Source: an uncultured bacterium
GTDB lineage: Bacteria; Nitrospirota; Nitrospiria; Nitrospirales; Nitrospiraceae
Direction: 5' to 3'
Length of the DNA stretch: 64,000 bases
NCBI GenBank assembly: GCA_965285945.1
Contig: CBDIWP010000044.1
Location: forward strand, 42,462-106,461
Shown here: positions 56,463-64,000 of the stretch, piece by piece
How positions within the stretch are numbered: position 1 is the first letter of the stretch
Layout of the letters: each line of letters begins with the position of its first letter
Notes under the pieces: model-generated
The model's database searches: none
The model's input: the letters and a program-made list of their open reading frames with translations, nothing else
Told to the model about the DNA's origin: nothing
Translations under genes and position numbers: made by a program

Positions 56463-56998
56463 TTCAGAGCCTCACGCAACTTGATCGCGCCAAGAGCGGT
56501 GGATACCTTCGAGACTTCGCATTGATTGGAGGATTTGCCGTCGCGGCATGGGGCGTGCCGCGAGCGACCCATGATCTTGACTTCGCGGTTACGACCGGGT
56601 CCGTCGACCCTCACGCGGCGGCAGCCTTCTTGGGAGGGCGGTATGCCGCAGGCGATCCGGATGATCCATTGCAGGGCGTGATCCATCTCTCCGTTGGGCA
56701 GGATCATGCCTCTGTTCCACTTCAATTGGTAGTCTTCCCGCCGTCTTTTGCCGACATGATTTTTCGACACGTTGAGCGGTTACCGGTTAGGGATCGAATC
56801 GTTCCTGTCGTCAGTTGGCAGGTCCTTATTCTTCTTAAACTGTACGCGGATGGCCCTCAAGATAGGCTCGACGCCCGGCAGATTCTCAAGGCGAGGCATC
56901 CACAGCAGGATGAACTGCAGTTAATGACGGGTATGGCGGAGTCTGTTGAGTTGTTAGAACCGTGGCTGGCTCTTTTGGACTCGCACCAGAAGGAGTAA
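56444..56998 (+). CDS. Pol-beta-superfamily nucleotidyltransferase (AbiEii/MenT-like)
   Basis: LIGGFAV..WG.PRATHDLDF, LILLKL...PQD..D. Confidence 0.8.
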   Translation: MFQEALIQSLTQLDRAKSGGYLRDFALIGGFAVAAWGVPRATHDLDFAVTTGSVDPHAAAAFLGGRYAAGDPDDPLQGVIHLSVGQDHASVPLQLVVFPPSFADMIFRHVERLPVRDRIVPVVSWQVLILLKLYADGPQDRLDARQILKARHPQQDELQLMTGMAESVELLEPWLALLDSHQKE

Positions 56999-57132
56999 CC
57001 GTCCATCGGCGGTGCGGCGGCTTTTAAGCTCGAGCCAAGGTGCATACTCTAAGCCTCCTCCGTCCTCCTTTTATTCCCTCCGGGCATCCATTAAGATAGC
57101 CCACGCGTTACGCTCACCATGAGGCTCTTTCG

Positions 57133-58494
57133 TTGAAAGCCAAGACCAGCTTTTCCTGCCAGGCCTGCGGGCATCAGGCCCCCCGCTGGCTGGGCCGCTG
57201 CCCTGATTGCAGCGGCTGGAATACCATGAAAGAAGAGCGGCAGGCGCCGACCGGCAAGGGCCGGCCCGCGCCGATGAAGCTCGCCCAGGCGCAGGCCACG
57301 CCGATCGCCGACATTGAAGTGGTCGGCGAGGATCGGCAGCTCACCGGCATCGGCGAGTTCGACCGCGTGCTCGGCGGCGGCGTGATTCCCGGCTCGGTGA
57401 TCCTGATCGGCGGCGATCCCGGCATCGGCAAGACCACGCTGCTGCTGCAGGCCTTGCCGCGGCTGGGCTCCAAGGACGCGCCCGTGCTCTATGTGAGCGG
57501 CGAGGAGTCGCCGCGCCAGATCAAGATGCGCGGCCAGCGGTTAGGGATCGAGCATCCCCATTTGCTGATCCTGGCCGAAACCTCGCTGGAGCAGATCTTC
57601 AAGATGGTCCACGAGACCAAGCCGGCTGCGATGGTCGTGGATTCCATCCAGACGGTCTACACCGAGCAGATCACCTCGGCGCCGGGGAGCATCAGCCAGG
57701 TGCAGGAGGTGGCCGGCCAGCTCATGTGGTTTGCCAAGCGGGCCGGGGTGCCCGTCTTCATCATCGGCCATGTGACCAAAGAGGGCGCCATTGCGGGGCC
57801 GCGGCTGTTAGAACATATCGTCGATACGGTGCTCTATTTCGAAGGGGACAAGGGGCATAGTTACCGGATCCTCCGCGCGGTGAAGAATCGATTCGGCAGC
57901 ACGAACGAAATCGGTGTGTTTGAAATGAAGGACGGCGGGCTCGAGGAAGTCAGCAATCCCTCGGAATTGTTCCTGGCCGAACGGCCGCAACGGACGACCG
58001 GATCGGTCGTCGTCTCGAGCCTGGAAGGCACGCGTCCCATCCTGGTGGAGTTACAGGCATTGGTCTCGTCCACCAGCTACGCCATGCCGAAGCGGATGGC
58101 CAACGGCGTGGAATTGAACCGCGTCTCCCTCTTGCTCGCCGTCATGGAAAAACGGCTCGGCATGCATCTGTCGGGACAGGACGTGTACGTCAATGTCGTG
58201 GGCGGGATGCATATCGATGAGCCGGCGATCGACTTGGGCATCGTGGCCGCCGTCACCTCCAGCTTGCGCGAAGTGGCCGTCGAGCCGGGGCTGTTGGTCC
58301 TTGGCGAAGTCGGCCTGGGCGGCGAAGTGCGGGCGGTGAGCCAGGTGGAGCTGCGCATTCGCGAGGCGGCAAAGATGGGATTCAAACGCTGCCTCCTCCC
58401 GGAGCGGAACCTGGCCAAGCTCGAACCGCTCGACGGCATCGAACTCATCGGCATCAACGAAGTGGGAGAGGCTCTTGATATTGTCCTGGCGTAA
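57133..58494 (+). CDS. radA: DNA repair protein RadA/Sms
   Basis: C4 zinc finger, GDPGIGKT, KNRFG, Lon-like C-terminus; TTG start. Confidence 0.98.
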   Translation: MKAKTSFSCQACGHQAPRWLGRCPDCSGWNTMKEERQAPTGKGRPAPMKLAQAQATPIADIEVVGEDRQLTGIGEFDRVLGGGVIPGSVILIGGDPGIGKTTLLLQALPRLGSKDAPVLYVSGEESPRQIKMRGQRLGIEHPHLLILAETSLEQIFKMVHETKPAAMVVDSIQTVYTEQITSAPGSISQVQEVAGQLMWFAKRAGVPVFIIGHVTKEGAIAGPRLLEHIVDTVLYFEGDKGHSYRILRAVKNRFGSTNEIGVFEMKDGGLEEVSNPSELFLAERPQRTTGSVVVSSLEGTRPILVELQALVSSTSYAMPKRMANGVELNRVSLLLAVMEKRLGMHLSGQDVYVNVVGGMHIDEPAIDLGIVAAVTSSLREVAVEPGLLVLGEVGLGGEVRAVSQVELRIREAAKMGFKRCLLPERNLAKLEPLDGIELIGINEVGEALDIVLA

Positions 58495-59350
58495 CGCCGC
58501 AGCGCACATCACGCATCACGCGCCACGATTCAGCGTCACCCGTCACGCGTTACGCGTCACGGCCCTGTGTCTGATGCTGGCCGGCTGCGCGTCGGTGACG
58601 CCGACGGAGGATCTCTCGCTTAAGCGGGCGACGGCCGAGGAATTGACGCAGCTCCTGCGCCAGCGCGAGGCGGCCATCCAGTCCATGAAGGGCTTGTTCA
58701 CCGCCAAGGTGCGCGGCGGGCTCATTCCGATTGCGACCCGGGTTGAAGGGGCGGTCTACTATCGCCGTCCGAACGCCATGCGGATCAGAGGCTTTACGGC
58801 CATCGGCAGCGAGCTGTTCGAGTTCGTGCAAGTGGACGAGGTCTATAAGCTGCGGTTGCCGACGATGGGGCGCGTGCTGGCGGGTCGCCGGTCGGAGACG
58901 AGCGAGATGGGCAAGCTCGCGCGGCCCTTTCAGTTGAGCGTCTGGGCCATGAGCGGGATGCTCGGCACCGGCACGATCGCCAACGGCGAGACCGTCACCT
59001 TGACGGAAGACGGGGAGCGGTATCGCCTGGACGTCTATGACCATGCCACCGGCGAGGCCCTGCTGATCCGGCGCCTCTGGTTCGACCGGCAGGACTTCCT
59101 GGTCGTGCAGGAGGATCGCCTGACGCAGGCCGGCGACCTGGATGCCCGGATCCGCTACGAAGATTTTCGCGTGATCGAGCCCGCCGATCCTGTCCCCGTG
59201 CAAGCTAGATCCGGCGGAGAGACGCCGTTGCTGCGTCCGTTCAAGATTTCGCTCGAGGACGGCCGCGGACAGGGCAGCGTCCAAGTCACGTTCCACGAGA
59301 TCCTGCCCAATCAGGTGTTGAAGGTGGAAGAACTTGGACAGGTTTCCTGA
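58475..59350 (+). CDS. LolA/LolB-like fold lipoprotein
   Basis: Lipobox LAGC; YYRRP..MRIRG; start uncertain. Confidence 0.7.
   Translation: MILSWRNAAAHITHHAPRFSVTRHALRVTALCLMLAGCASVTPTEDLSLKRATAEELTQLLRQREAAIQSMKGLFTAKVRGGLIPIATRVEGAVYYRRPNAMRIRGFTAIGSELFEFVQVDEVYKLRLPTMGRVLAGRRSETSEMGKLARPFQLSVWAMSGMLGTGTIANGETVTLTEDGERYRLDVYDHATGEALLIRRLWFDRQDFLVVQEDRLTQAGDLDARIRYEDFRVIEPADPVPVQARSGGETPLLRPFKISLEDGRGQGSVQVTFHEILPNQVLKVEELGQVS
58505..58560 (+). repeat. Degenerate heptamer tandem repeat (CGCRTCA-like), ~8 units
   Basis: cacatca cgcatca cgcgcca cgattca gcgtca cccgtca cgcgtta cgcgtca. Confidence 0.8.
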
Positions 59351-59356
59351 GCAGCC

Positions 59357-60139
59357 ATGAAACTGCTGGCGGTTGAAACGGCCACCTCGTGGCAAAGTGT
59401 CGCGATCCTGGATGAGGACCGGGTCCTGGCGCGGCAGGATCAGGAGGCGGCCGGCACGCAGGCGACATTGCTCTTGCCCGCCATCGACGGATTGTTGAAA
59501 GAGACCGGCCTGCGGTTGACGGATTTGGACGGGCTCGTTTGCTCCATCGGGCCCGGTTCCTTTACCGGCATCCGGGTGGGGGTGGCCACCTGTCTCGGAT
59601 TGCGCGCGGCGACCGATCTGCCGCTGGCCCTGGTGCCCACGTTGGAAGCCCTGGCCTGGACCGTCAAGGATGCGGAGCTTCCGATCTGTCCCGTCCTGAC
59701 CAGCCGCAAAGGCGAAATCTATTGGGGGCTCTTCCGCTGGACAGAGGGACGGCTGGAGCGGATCCTCGTCGAACGGGTCGGATCGCCCGAGGCGCTGGCT
59801 CAGAGCCTCACCGGGCCGACGAGATGCCTGGGAGACGGCTGGGCCTCCATGGAATCGGACCTGCGCGCCGCGCTCCCTCCCTCCCTCAGCATTGCCGTCG
59901 TGCCGTTCGCGAAGCCCTCGGCCGTCGCGGTCGGGATGCTCGGCCGGGAGAAACTGCGGCAGGGAGACGTGGCCGGGGACTCGGTCGCGCCCTTCTATGT
60001 GCAACGGGCGGAAGCGGAACTCAAGTACGAACAATCCGGAGGGGTCTCGCCTGTGGCGCGCCGTCAGGAACGCGTGGCCCGCAAAACGGCGGAGCGGCTG
60101 GCGAGAGGGCGCCGGACGAGGAAGTCTGATGGGAAATAA
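59357..60139 (+). CDS. tsaB: t6A biosynthesis protein TsaB
   Basis: LAVETAT, GPGSFTGIRVG, P.Y. Confidence 0.95.
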   Translation: MKLLAVETATSWQSVAILDEDRVLARQDQEAAGTQATLLLPAIDGLLKETGLRLTDLDGLVCSIGPGSFTGIRVGVATCLGLRAATDLPLALVPTLEALAWTVKDAELPICPVLTSRKGEIYWGLFRWTEGRLERILVERVGSPEALAQSLTGPTRCLGDGWASMESDLRAALPPSLSIAVVPFAKPSAVAVGMLGREKLRQGDVAGDSVAPFYVQRAEAELKYEQSGGVSPVARRQERVARKTAERLARGRRTRKSDGK

Positions 60140-60650
60140 TATTGTGATTCTGCCGGCTTCCGCGGATCGGCTGGATGATATTTTACGGTTGGAGGAGACT
60201 TGCTTCTCGGCTCCCTGGACGCGCAAAATGATGGAGGCTGAACTCACCGGCAATCCTTTCGCACACTTTCTGGTGGCACAGGACGGCACCGGCGGGATTG
60301 TCGGCTATCATTGTTTTTGGATCGTCTTTGAAGAACTGCGTTTGATGAATTTGGCTGTCTGCGAGTCGATGCGCCGGAACGGGATTGCGCGGGCCCTGGT
60401 CACCGAGGCTCTGCAGAAGGGCCTGGCCCAGGCCGCCACTCGGGCGGTTCTCGAAGTCCGGGCTTCCAATCAGGCCGCACGCACACTCTATCAACTCATG
60501 GGGTTCACGACGGTCAGCACACGCCCTCAGTATTATTCACATCCGGTCGAAGATGCCATTCTCATGGAAATGGAGCCGCTCGTCGTGATTCCCCCTGCGC
60601 CCTCCGGCGGCCGCCCCCATCACGGAGGGAACCCGGTCTCAGCTCACTAA
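60129..60650 (+). CDS. rimI: Ribosomal-protein-alanine N-acetyltransferase RimI
   Basis: F..PW, NLAV...RR.GIA, LEVRASN..A..LY..GF..R..YY..EDA. Confidence 0.93.
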   Translation: MGNNIVILPASADRLDDILRLEETCFSAPWTRKMMEAELTGNPFAHFLVAQDGTGGIVGYHCFWIVFEELRLMNLAVCESMRRNGIARALVTEALQKGLAQAATRAVLEVRASNQAARTLYQLMGFTTVSTRPQYYSHPVEDAILMEMEPLVVIPPAPSGGRPHHGGNPVSAH

Positions 60651-60671
60651 CCTTTTTGAGGAGGTGTAGCA

Positions 60672-60914
60672 ATGCTGACGGAACATATGATTGCCGAACG
60701 GCTTCGCCAATCAAACCATGAATTCCGGCAACTGGAAGAATCGCACCATCGCCTCGATGCCGAACTGAACGAACTCCAGAGACGCCACGTGCTGACCCCG
60801 GCCGAAGAACTCGTGAAAAAACGAATGCAGAAAGAGAAACTCGCAAAGAAAGACCAGCTGGCGGCGTTCATTCGCGGGTATCGCGACCACGAGATGGAAC
60901 ACGCCGCGCATTAA
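60672..60914 (+). CDS. DUF465/YdcH family coiled-coil protein
   Basis: F..L...H..LD..L..KEKL.KKD; GAGGAGG RBS. Confidence 0.85.
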   Translation: MLTEHMIAERLRQSNHEFRQLEESHHRLDAELNELQRRHVLTPAEELVKKRMQKEKLAKKDQLAAFIRGYRDHEMEHAAH

Positions 60915-60964
60915 GAAGGAGTCGTCATGGTCGCCGGCGCCCCCGGCGACCACAGACCGCCGTC

Positions 60965-61741
60965 ATGGCCCAGATCCTCAATCCGCTTGCCGCCCATATA
61001 CAGACCGTCAAGCGGCGATTGATCATCATCGGCGCAACGATCGTGGTCGCCCTCATCGTCAGCTTTTCGTTTTCGTCCGAAATGGTGGCCTGGCTGAACC
61101 GGCCGTTCCCGAACCAGTTGGTGTTTTATGGACCGACCGAGGCGCTGTTCGCCTCGCTCAAGGTGTCGCTGCTCTCGGCGATCATCCTGTCCCTGCCGGT
61201 CATTTTTTATCAGGGCTGGAAGTTCATCGAACCGGCGCTCTTGCCGAAGGAGCAACGCTGGGCCATCCCGCTGTTCCTGTTGGCCGGCGGCCTCTTTGCC
61301 TTGGGCCTGGTCTTCTGCAATCTGGTGATCCTGCCGCTGGTCATCGACTTTTTTGTGAGCTTCGGGTTGGACCGTGATATCACGCCGCAGTTAGGCGTGG
61401 GCACCTATATCGACTTCAACGTCAAGTTCCTGCTGATCTTCGGGATCACGTTTGAATTGCCGCTGGCGATGACCTTGCTCGCGATGGCGGGAGTCGTGAC
61501 GGCGGAAGTCTTCGCCCGGTACCGGAAGCATGCGATTCTCCTCTGTCTCGTGATCTCGGCCATTGTCACGCCGGATGCCACGTTGTTCACCATGTTGCTG
61601 ATGGCCGTGCCCATGATGGTGTTGTATGAAATCGGCATCATCGGCGCCCGGATGTTCGGACGCACAGGCACGCCGGGCGGCATGGATTTGCCGCTGGATC
61701 CCGATCTGCCCATAGGCACGGCGGGCACCAGAGTCCGATGA
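60965..61741 (+). CDS. tatC: Twin-arginine translocase subunit TatC
   Basis: PTEA.F..LK, W.FI.P.L...E, FELP, AIVTP.D..T..P...LYE. Confidence 0.95.
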   Translation: MAQILNPLAAHIQTVKRRLIIIGATIVVALIVSFSFSSEMVAWLNRPFPNQLVFYGPTEALFASLKVSLLSAIILSLPVIFYQGWKFIEPALLPKEQRWAIPLFLLAGGLFALGLVFCNLVILPLVIDFFVSFGLDRDITPQLGVGTYIDFNVKFLLIFGITFELPLAMTLLAMAGVVTAEVFARYRKHAILLCLVISAIVTPDATLFTMLLMAVPMMVLYEIGIIGARMFGRTGTPGGMDLPLDPDLPIGTAGTRVR

Positions 61742-61758
61742 AGAAAGGAGGCGCGTGC

Positions 61759-62838
61759 ATGCAGGGACTATCGCCCAGGCTTCTGGCCGCCATGTGCGGC
61801 GGGATTCTTCTGATGGCTGCCGCGGCGGCCGGCGCGGAAGCGCCGCCTTCCGGAGGGATTCCGCAGCCCCACGCGCCGGCGCCTGGATCGGCGGGCGCCC
61901 CCGGTCCCATGGACGAGGCGGCGGTGAGCGTCCAAGCGTTGACGATGGCCGGCCGGGATACGGTCTATGCCGGCTCGTTCGGCCTCGGTATTTTCCGCAG
62001 CCGCGATCGCGGGGCGAGCTGGTCTCCGGCGGGCAGCGGCGTCTCCGATCCTTTCATCTTAAGCCTGGCCACGGGGAAAGACGGGGTGCTCTATGCCGGC
62101 ACGTTTCGGGGCGGCGTCTTCCGCTCCCGCGATGCCGGACAGACCTGGCAGCCGATCAACGGAGGCTTGAAGCGCTTCGAAGTGAAGGCTCTCCTGGTGG
62201 CGGGCGATGATCTGTATGCCGGCACGGGGGACGGGGTGTATCGGCTCAATCCAAAGGACGATCGCTGGTCGGTCGTGACCAGCGGCCTCGATGATATCCT
62301 GGTGCATTCCCTCGCGCGGTCGGCCGACGGCACGCTGTTCGCGGGCACCTCCGGCAAAGGCATTCTGCGCTTCAAGCAACAGGCCTCCGGTTGGACGCGC
62401 ATGCCGCATGGCTTGAAGGATCATGAGGGAATGATCGAGAATTTTATCCGTGTGCTGGCCGTCGATCAGGACCAAAGCCTGTTCGCCGGCACGTTCGACG
62501 GCGGCGTGTTCCGGAGCGCGGACGGCGGCGCGACGTGGCGGCCGATCAGCCGCGCTTTACCCAACGACTCGATTCGCGGTATTGTCCTCACCGATCAGGG
62601 CGTGGTCGTGGCCACGGGCCACGGCATTTTCAAAACCGTCGACCAAGGTCGCCAGTGGACCCCCGTCAATAAGGGCCTCACGAACCTGTCGATCCAAGTC
62701 CTCATCGGATCGGGAACCGGCGGCTTCTACGCCGGCACGAGTTCGGGAGTCTTTCGCAGCGATGACGGACAGTCCTGGGTCGCGGTCAATCAAGGCTTGG
62801 AAGGCGGGATGGCCCCTCCGCCCTTCCTCTTTCGATAA
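61759..62838 (+). CDS. Exported BNR/Ycf48-like beta-propeller protein
   Basis: Repeated YAGT..GVFRS.D.G.TW...N.GL. Confidence 0.9.
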   Translation: MQGLSPRLLAAMCGGILLMAAAAAGAEAPPSGGIPQPHAPAPGSAGAPGPMDEAAVSVQALTMAGRDTVYAGSFGLGIFRSRDRGASWSPAGSGVSDPFILSLATGKDGVLYAGTFRGGVFRSRDAGQTWQPINGGLKRFEVKALLVAGDDLYAGTGDGVYRLNPKDDRWSVVTSGLDDILVHSLARSADGTLFAGTSGKGILRFKQQASGWTRMPHGLKDHEGMIENFIRVLAVDQDQSLFAGTFDGGVFRSADGGATWRPISRALPNDSIRGIVLTDQGVVVATGHGIFKTVDQGRQWTPVNKGLTNLSIQVLIGSGTGGFYAGTSSGVFRSDDGQSWVAVNQGLEGGMAPPPFLFR

Positions 62839-62853
62839 AGAAAGGATGTATTC

Positions 62854-63363
62854 ATGGCGGACGTGAGCGAGAAGACGACAGCCACCATCGCGGTGAGCAG
62901 CAAGGGCCAGCCGTTGGGAGAGATCGTGCTGCGATTCTTTCCCGAAGTGGCGCCGGGTCACGTCAATAATTTCGTGAAGCTGGCGAAGGAAGGATTTTAC
63001 AACGGCACCACGTTCCATCGCGTGATTCCCGGGTTCATGATCCAGGGCGGCGACCCCAACAGCAAGAATGCGGACCGTGCCTCGCACGGGATGGGCGGAC
63101 CGGGGTATAAGGTGAAGGCCGAATTCAACAGCAAGCCGCACAAACGCGGGGTCGTGTCCATGGCGCGCTCCAACGATCCGGACAGCGCGGGTTCCCAGTT
63201 CTTTATCTGCGTCGCGGATGCCAATTTTCTCGACTGGCAGTACACCGCTTTCGGCGAAGTGGCGAGCGGGATGGACGTGGCGGACAAGATCGTGGGCATG
63301 AAGCGCGACGGACGGGACAATCCGCTCGAGCGCGTTGAGATGACGGTCACGGTCAGCGAGTGA
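62854..63363 (+). CDS. Cyclophilin-type peptidyl-prolyl isomerase
   Basis: FHRVIPGFMIQGGDP, SMAR..DSAGSQFFI, FLD.QYT.FG.V. Confidence 0.97.
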   Translation: MADVSEKTTATIAVSSKGQPLGEIVLRFFPEVAPGHVNNFVKLAKEGFYNGTTFHRVIPGFMIQGGDPNSKNADRASHGMGGPGYKVKAEFNSKPHKRGVVSMARSNDPDSAGSQFFICVADANFLDWQYTAFGEVASGMDVADKIVGMKRDGRDNPLERVEMTVTVSE

Positions 63364-63460
63364 TCAAGGCGTGACCTGTGATCAGTGATGGGTGAGCAGT
63401 TGTGGCAGAGGAGATCGGGTCCGGGGCTTCGTCGATCACGCATCGCGCCTCACGCATCAC
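63360..63460. repeat. Heptamer repeats in inverted arrangement
   Basis: gtgacct gtgatca gtgatgg gtgagca, then tcacgca tcgcgcc tcacgca tcac. Confidence 0.65.
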
Positions 63461-64000
63461 TTCTTCTGTTCCTGCTCCTCGCGGCGTGCGCCATTCCGCA
63501 GGTGCCCTCCCGCATCATCTACGAGGATCCCGTCAATTACGTGCGGCTCGAGCGCGATCCCGCCGTGCTGCCGGAATGGCCTCCCAGCCACCATGCGCAC
63601 CCGGCCATCATGGATCCGGCGTTCGTGCGCACCCTCCTGGCCGGTCTGAGGATCCAGGAACACCGTCTGGCCGTGCAGCGATGGATTCAAGGGGAGGCGC
63701 CGTTCGTTCCGGCTTTCAGCGACGAGGAAGTGGAGTTGTTGTCCGTGCAGGTGTCGGAAGCGCTGGCCGAGGCGGACTATAATGAGCGCGTCACGTTTTA
63801 TCTCAGCCAGCCGCAGACCTCCGCCAGGCGGATCATCACCTCGGGCGGGCTGTACGTCCAGGATTCAAAACTCCATGTGCTCCTGGGCAATTGGCAGATC
63901 GTCTACGGCATTCCTACCTACGGCATGATCTATGACCGTCGCTATCCCATGCGGCCGACCGCGGCGAAGGGCTTCGATCTGTTTTTTGAGCAGCGGGATG
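63388..64000 (+). CDS. Lipoprotein, 3'-truncated by window edge
   Basis: Open frame from ATG 63388, lipobox LAAC, then IPQVPSRIIYEDP; no stop seen before the window end. Confidence 0.75.
   Translation, partial: MGEQLWQRRSGPGLRRSRIAPHASLLLFLLLAACAIPQVPSRIIYEDPVNYVRLERDPAVLPEWPPSHHAHPAIMDPAFVRTLLAGLRIQEHRLAVQRWIQGEAPFVPAFSDEEVELLSVQVSEALAEADYNERVTFYLSQPQTSARRIITSGGLYVQDSKLHVLLGNWQIVYGIPTYGMIYDRRYPMRPTAAKGFDLFFEQRD

Noticed and set aside
37150-57130. tRNA-anchored integrative element or prophage
   Set aside because: No integrase, no phage genes, and no repeat of the tRNA 3' end found by eye.
58550-60289. 579-aa minus-strand ORF, and similar long antisense ORFs (21290-22825, 24584-25783, 48387-49559)
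   Set aside because: Shadow frames of well-supported genes in GC-rich DNA, with no motifs.

Overview
GC-rich bacterial chromosomal window. Gene content and style suggest Nitrospira or a close relative; this is an inference, not a database result. 1-36.8 kb is mostly core genome: a Ser/Thr kinase-(broken PP2C)-FHA cluster, PHP, a folB-methyltransferase fusion, moaC-moaD/E-moaA, a Ni/Co permease, accD-folC-lptD, trxA-recN, a signalling block (giant REC-PAS-PilZ-PilZ-LuxD-like-methyltransferase protein, GAF histidine kinase, sigma54 activator, REC-HD-GYP), a putative copper monooxygenase, PP2C, bcp, stress-type small genes and a K+/H+ antiporter. An atypical tRNA-Glu/tRNA-Cys pair at 37.0 kb precedes a ~20 kb accessory/defence-like region (37.3-57.0 kb). 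That region holds a deleted higB with intact higA and operator, DUF2283-type TA genes, an IS3 remnant, Fic genes, and a type I R-M operon whose hsdR has an in-frame amber stop and which carries an embedded uncharacterised two-gene cassette. It also holds PPK2, a secreted HNH-like toxin with a duplicated 3' end, five strand-biased 9-bp repeat arrays, a zincin + ATP-grasp pair, a SAM hydrolase and a nucleotidyltransferase TA-like pair. Core genes resume at radA (radA-lipoprotein-tsaB-rimI-DUF465-tatC-BNR propeller-PPIase). Best candidates for undescribed biology: the cassette inside the hsd operon, the LuxD-like c-di-GMP signalling protein with its locus, the 9-bp arrays, and a structured intergenic RNA upstream of moaC. 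Family names were assigned by motif recognition only.
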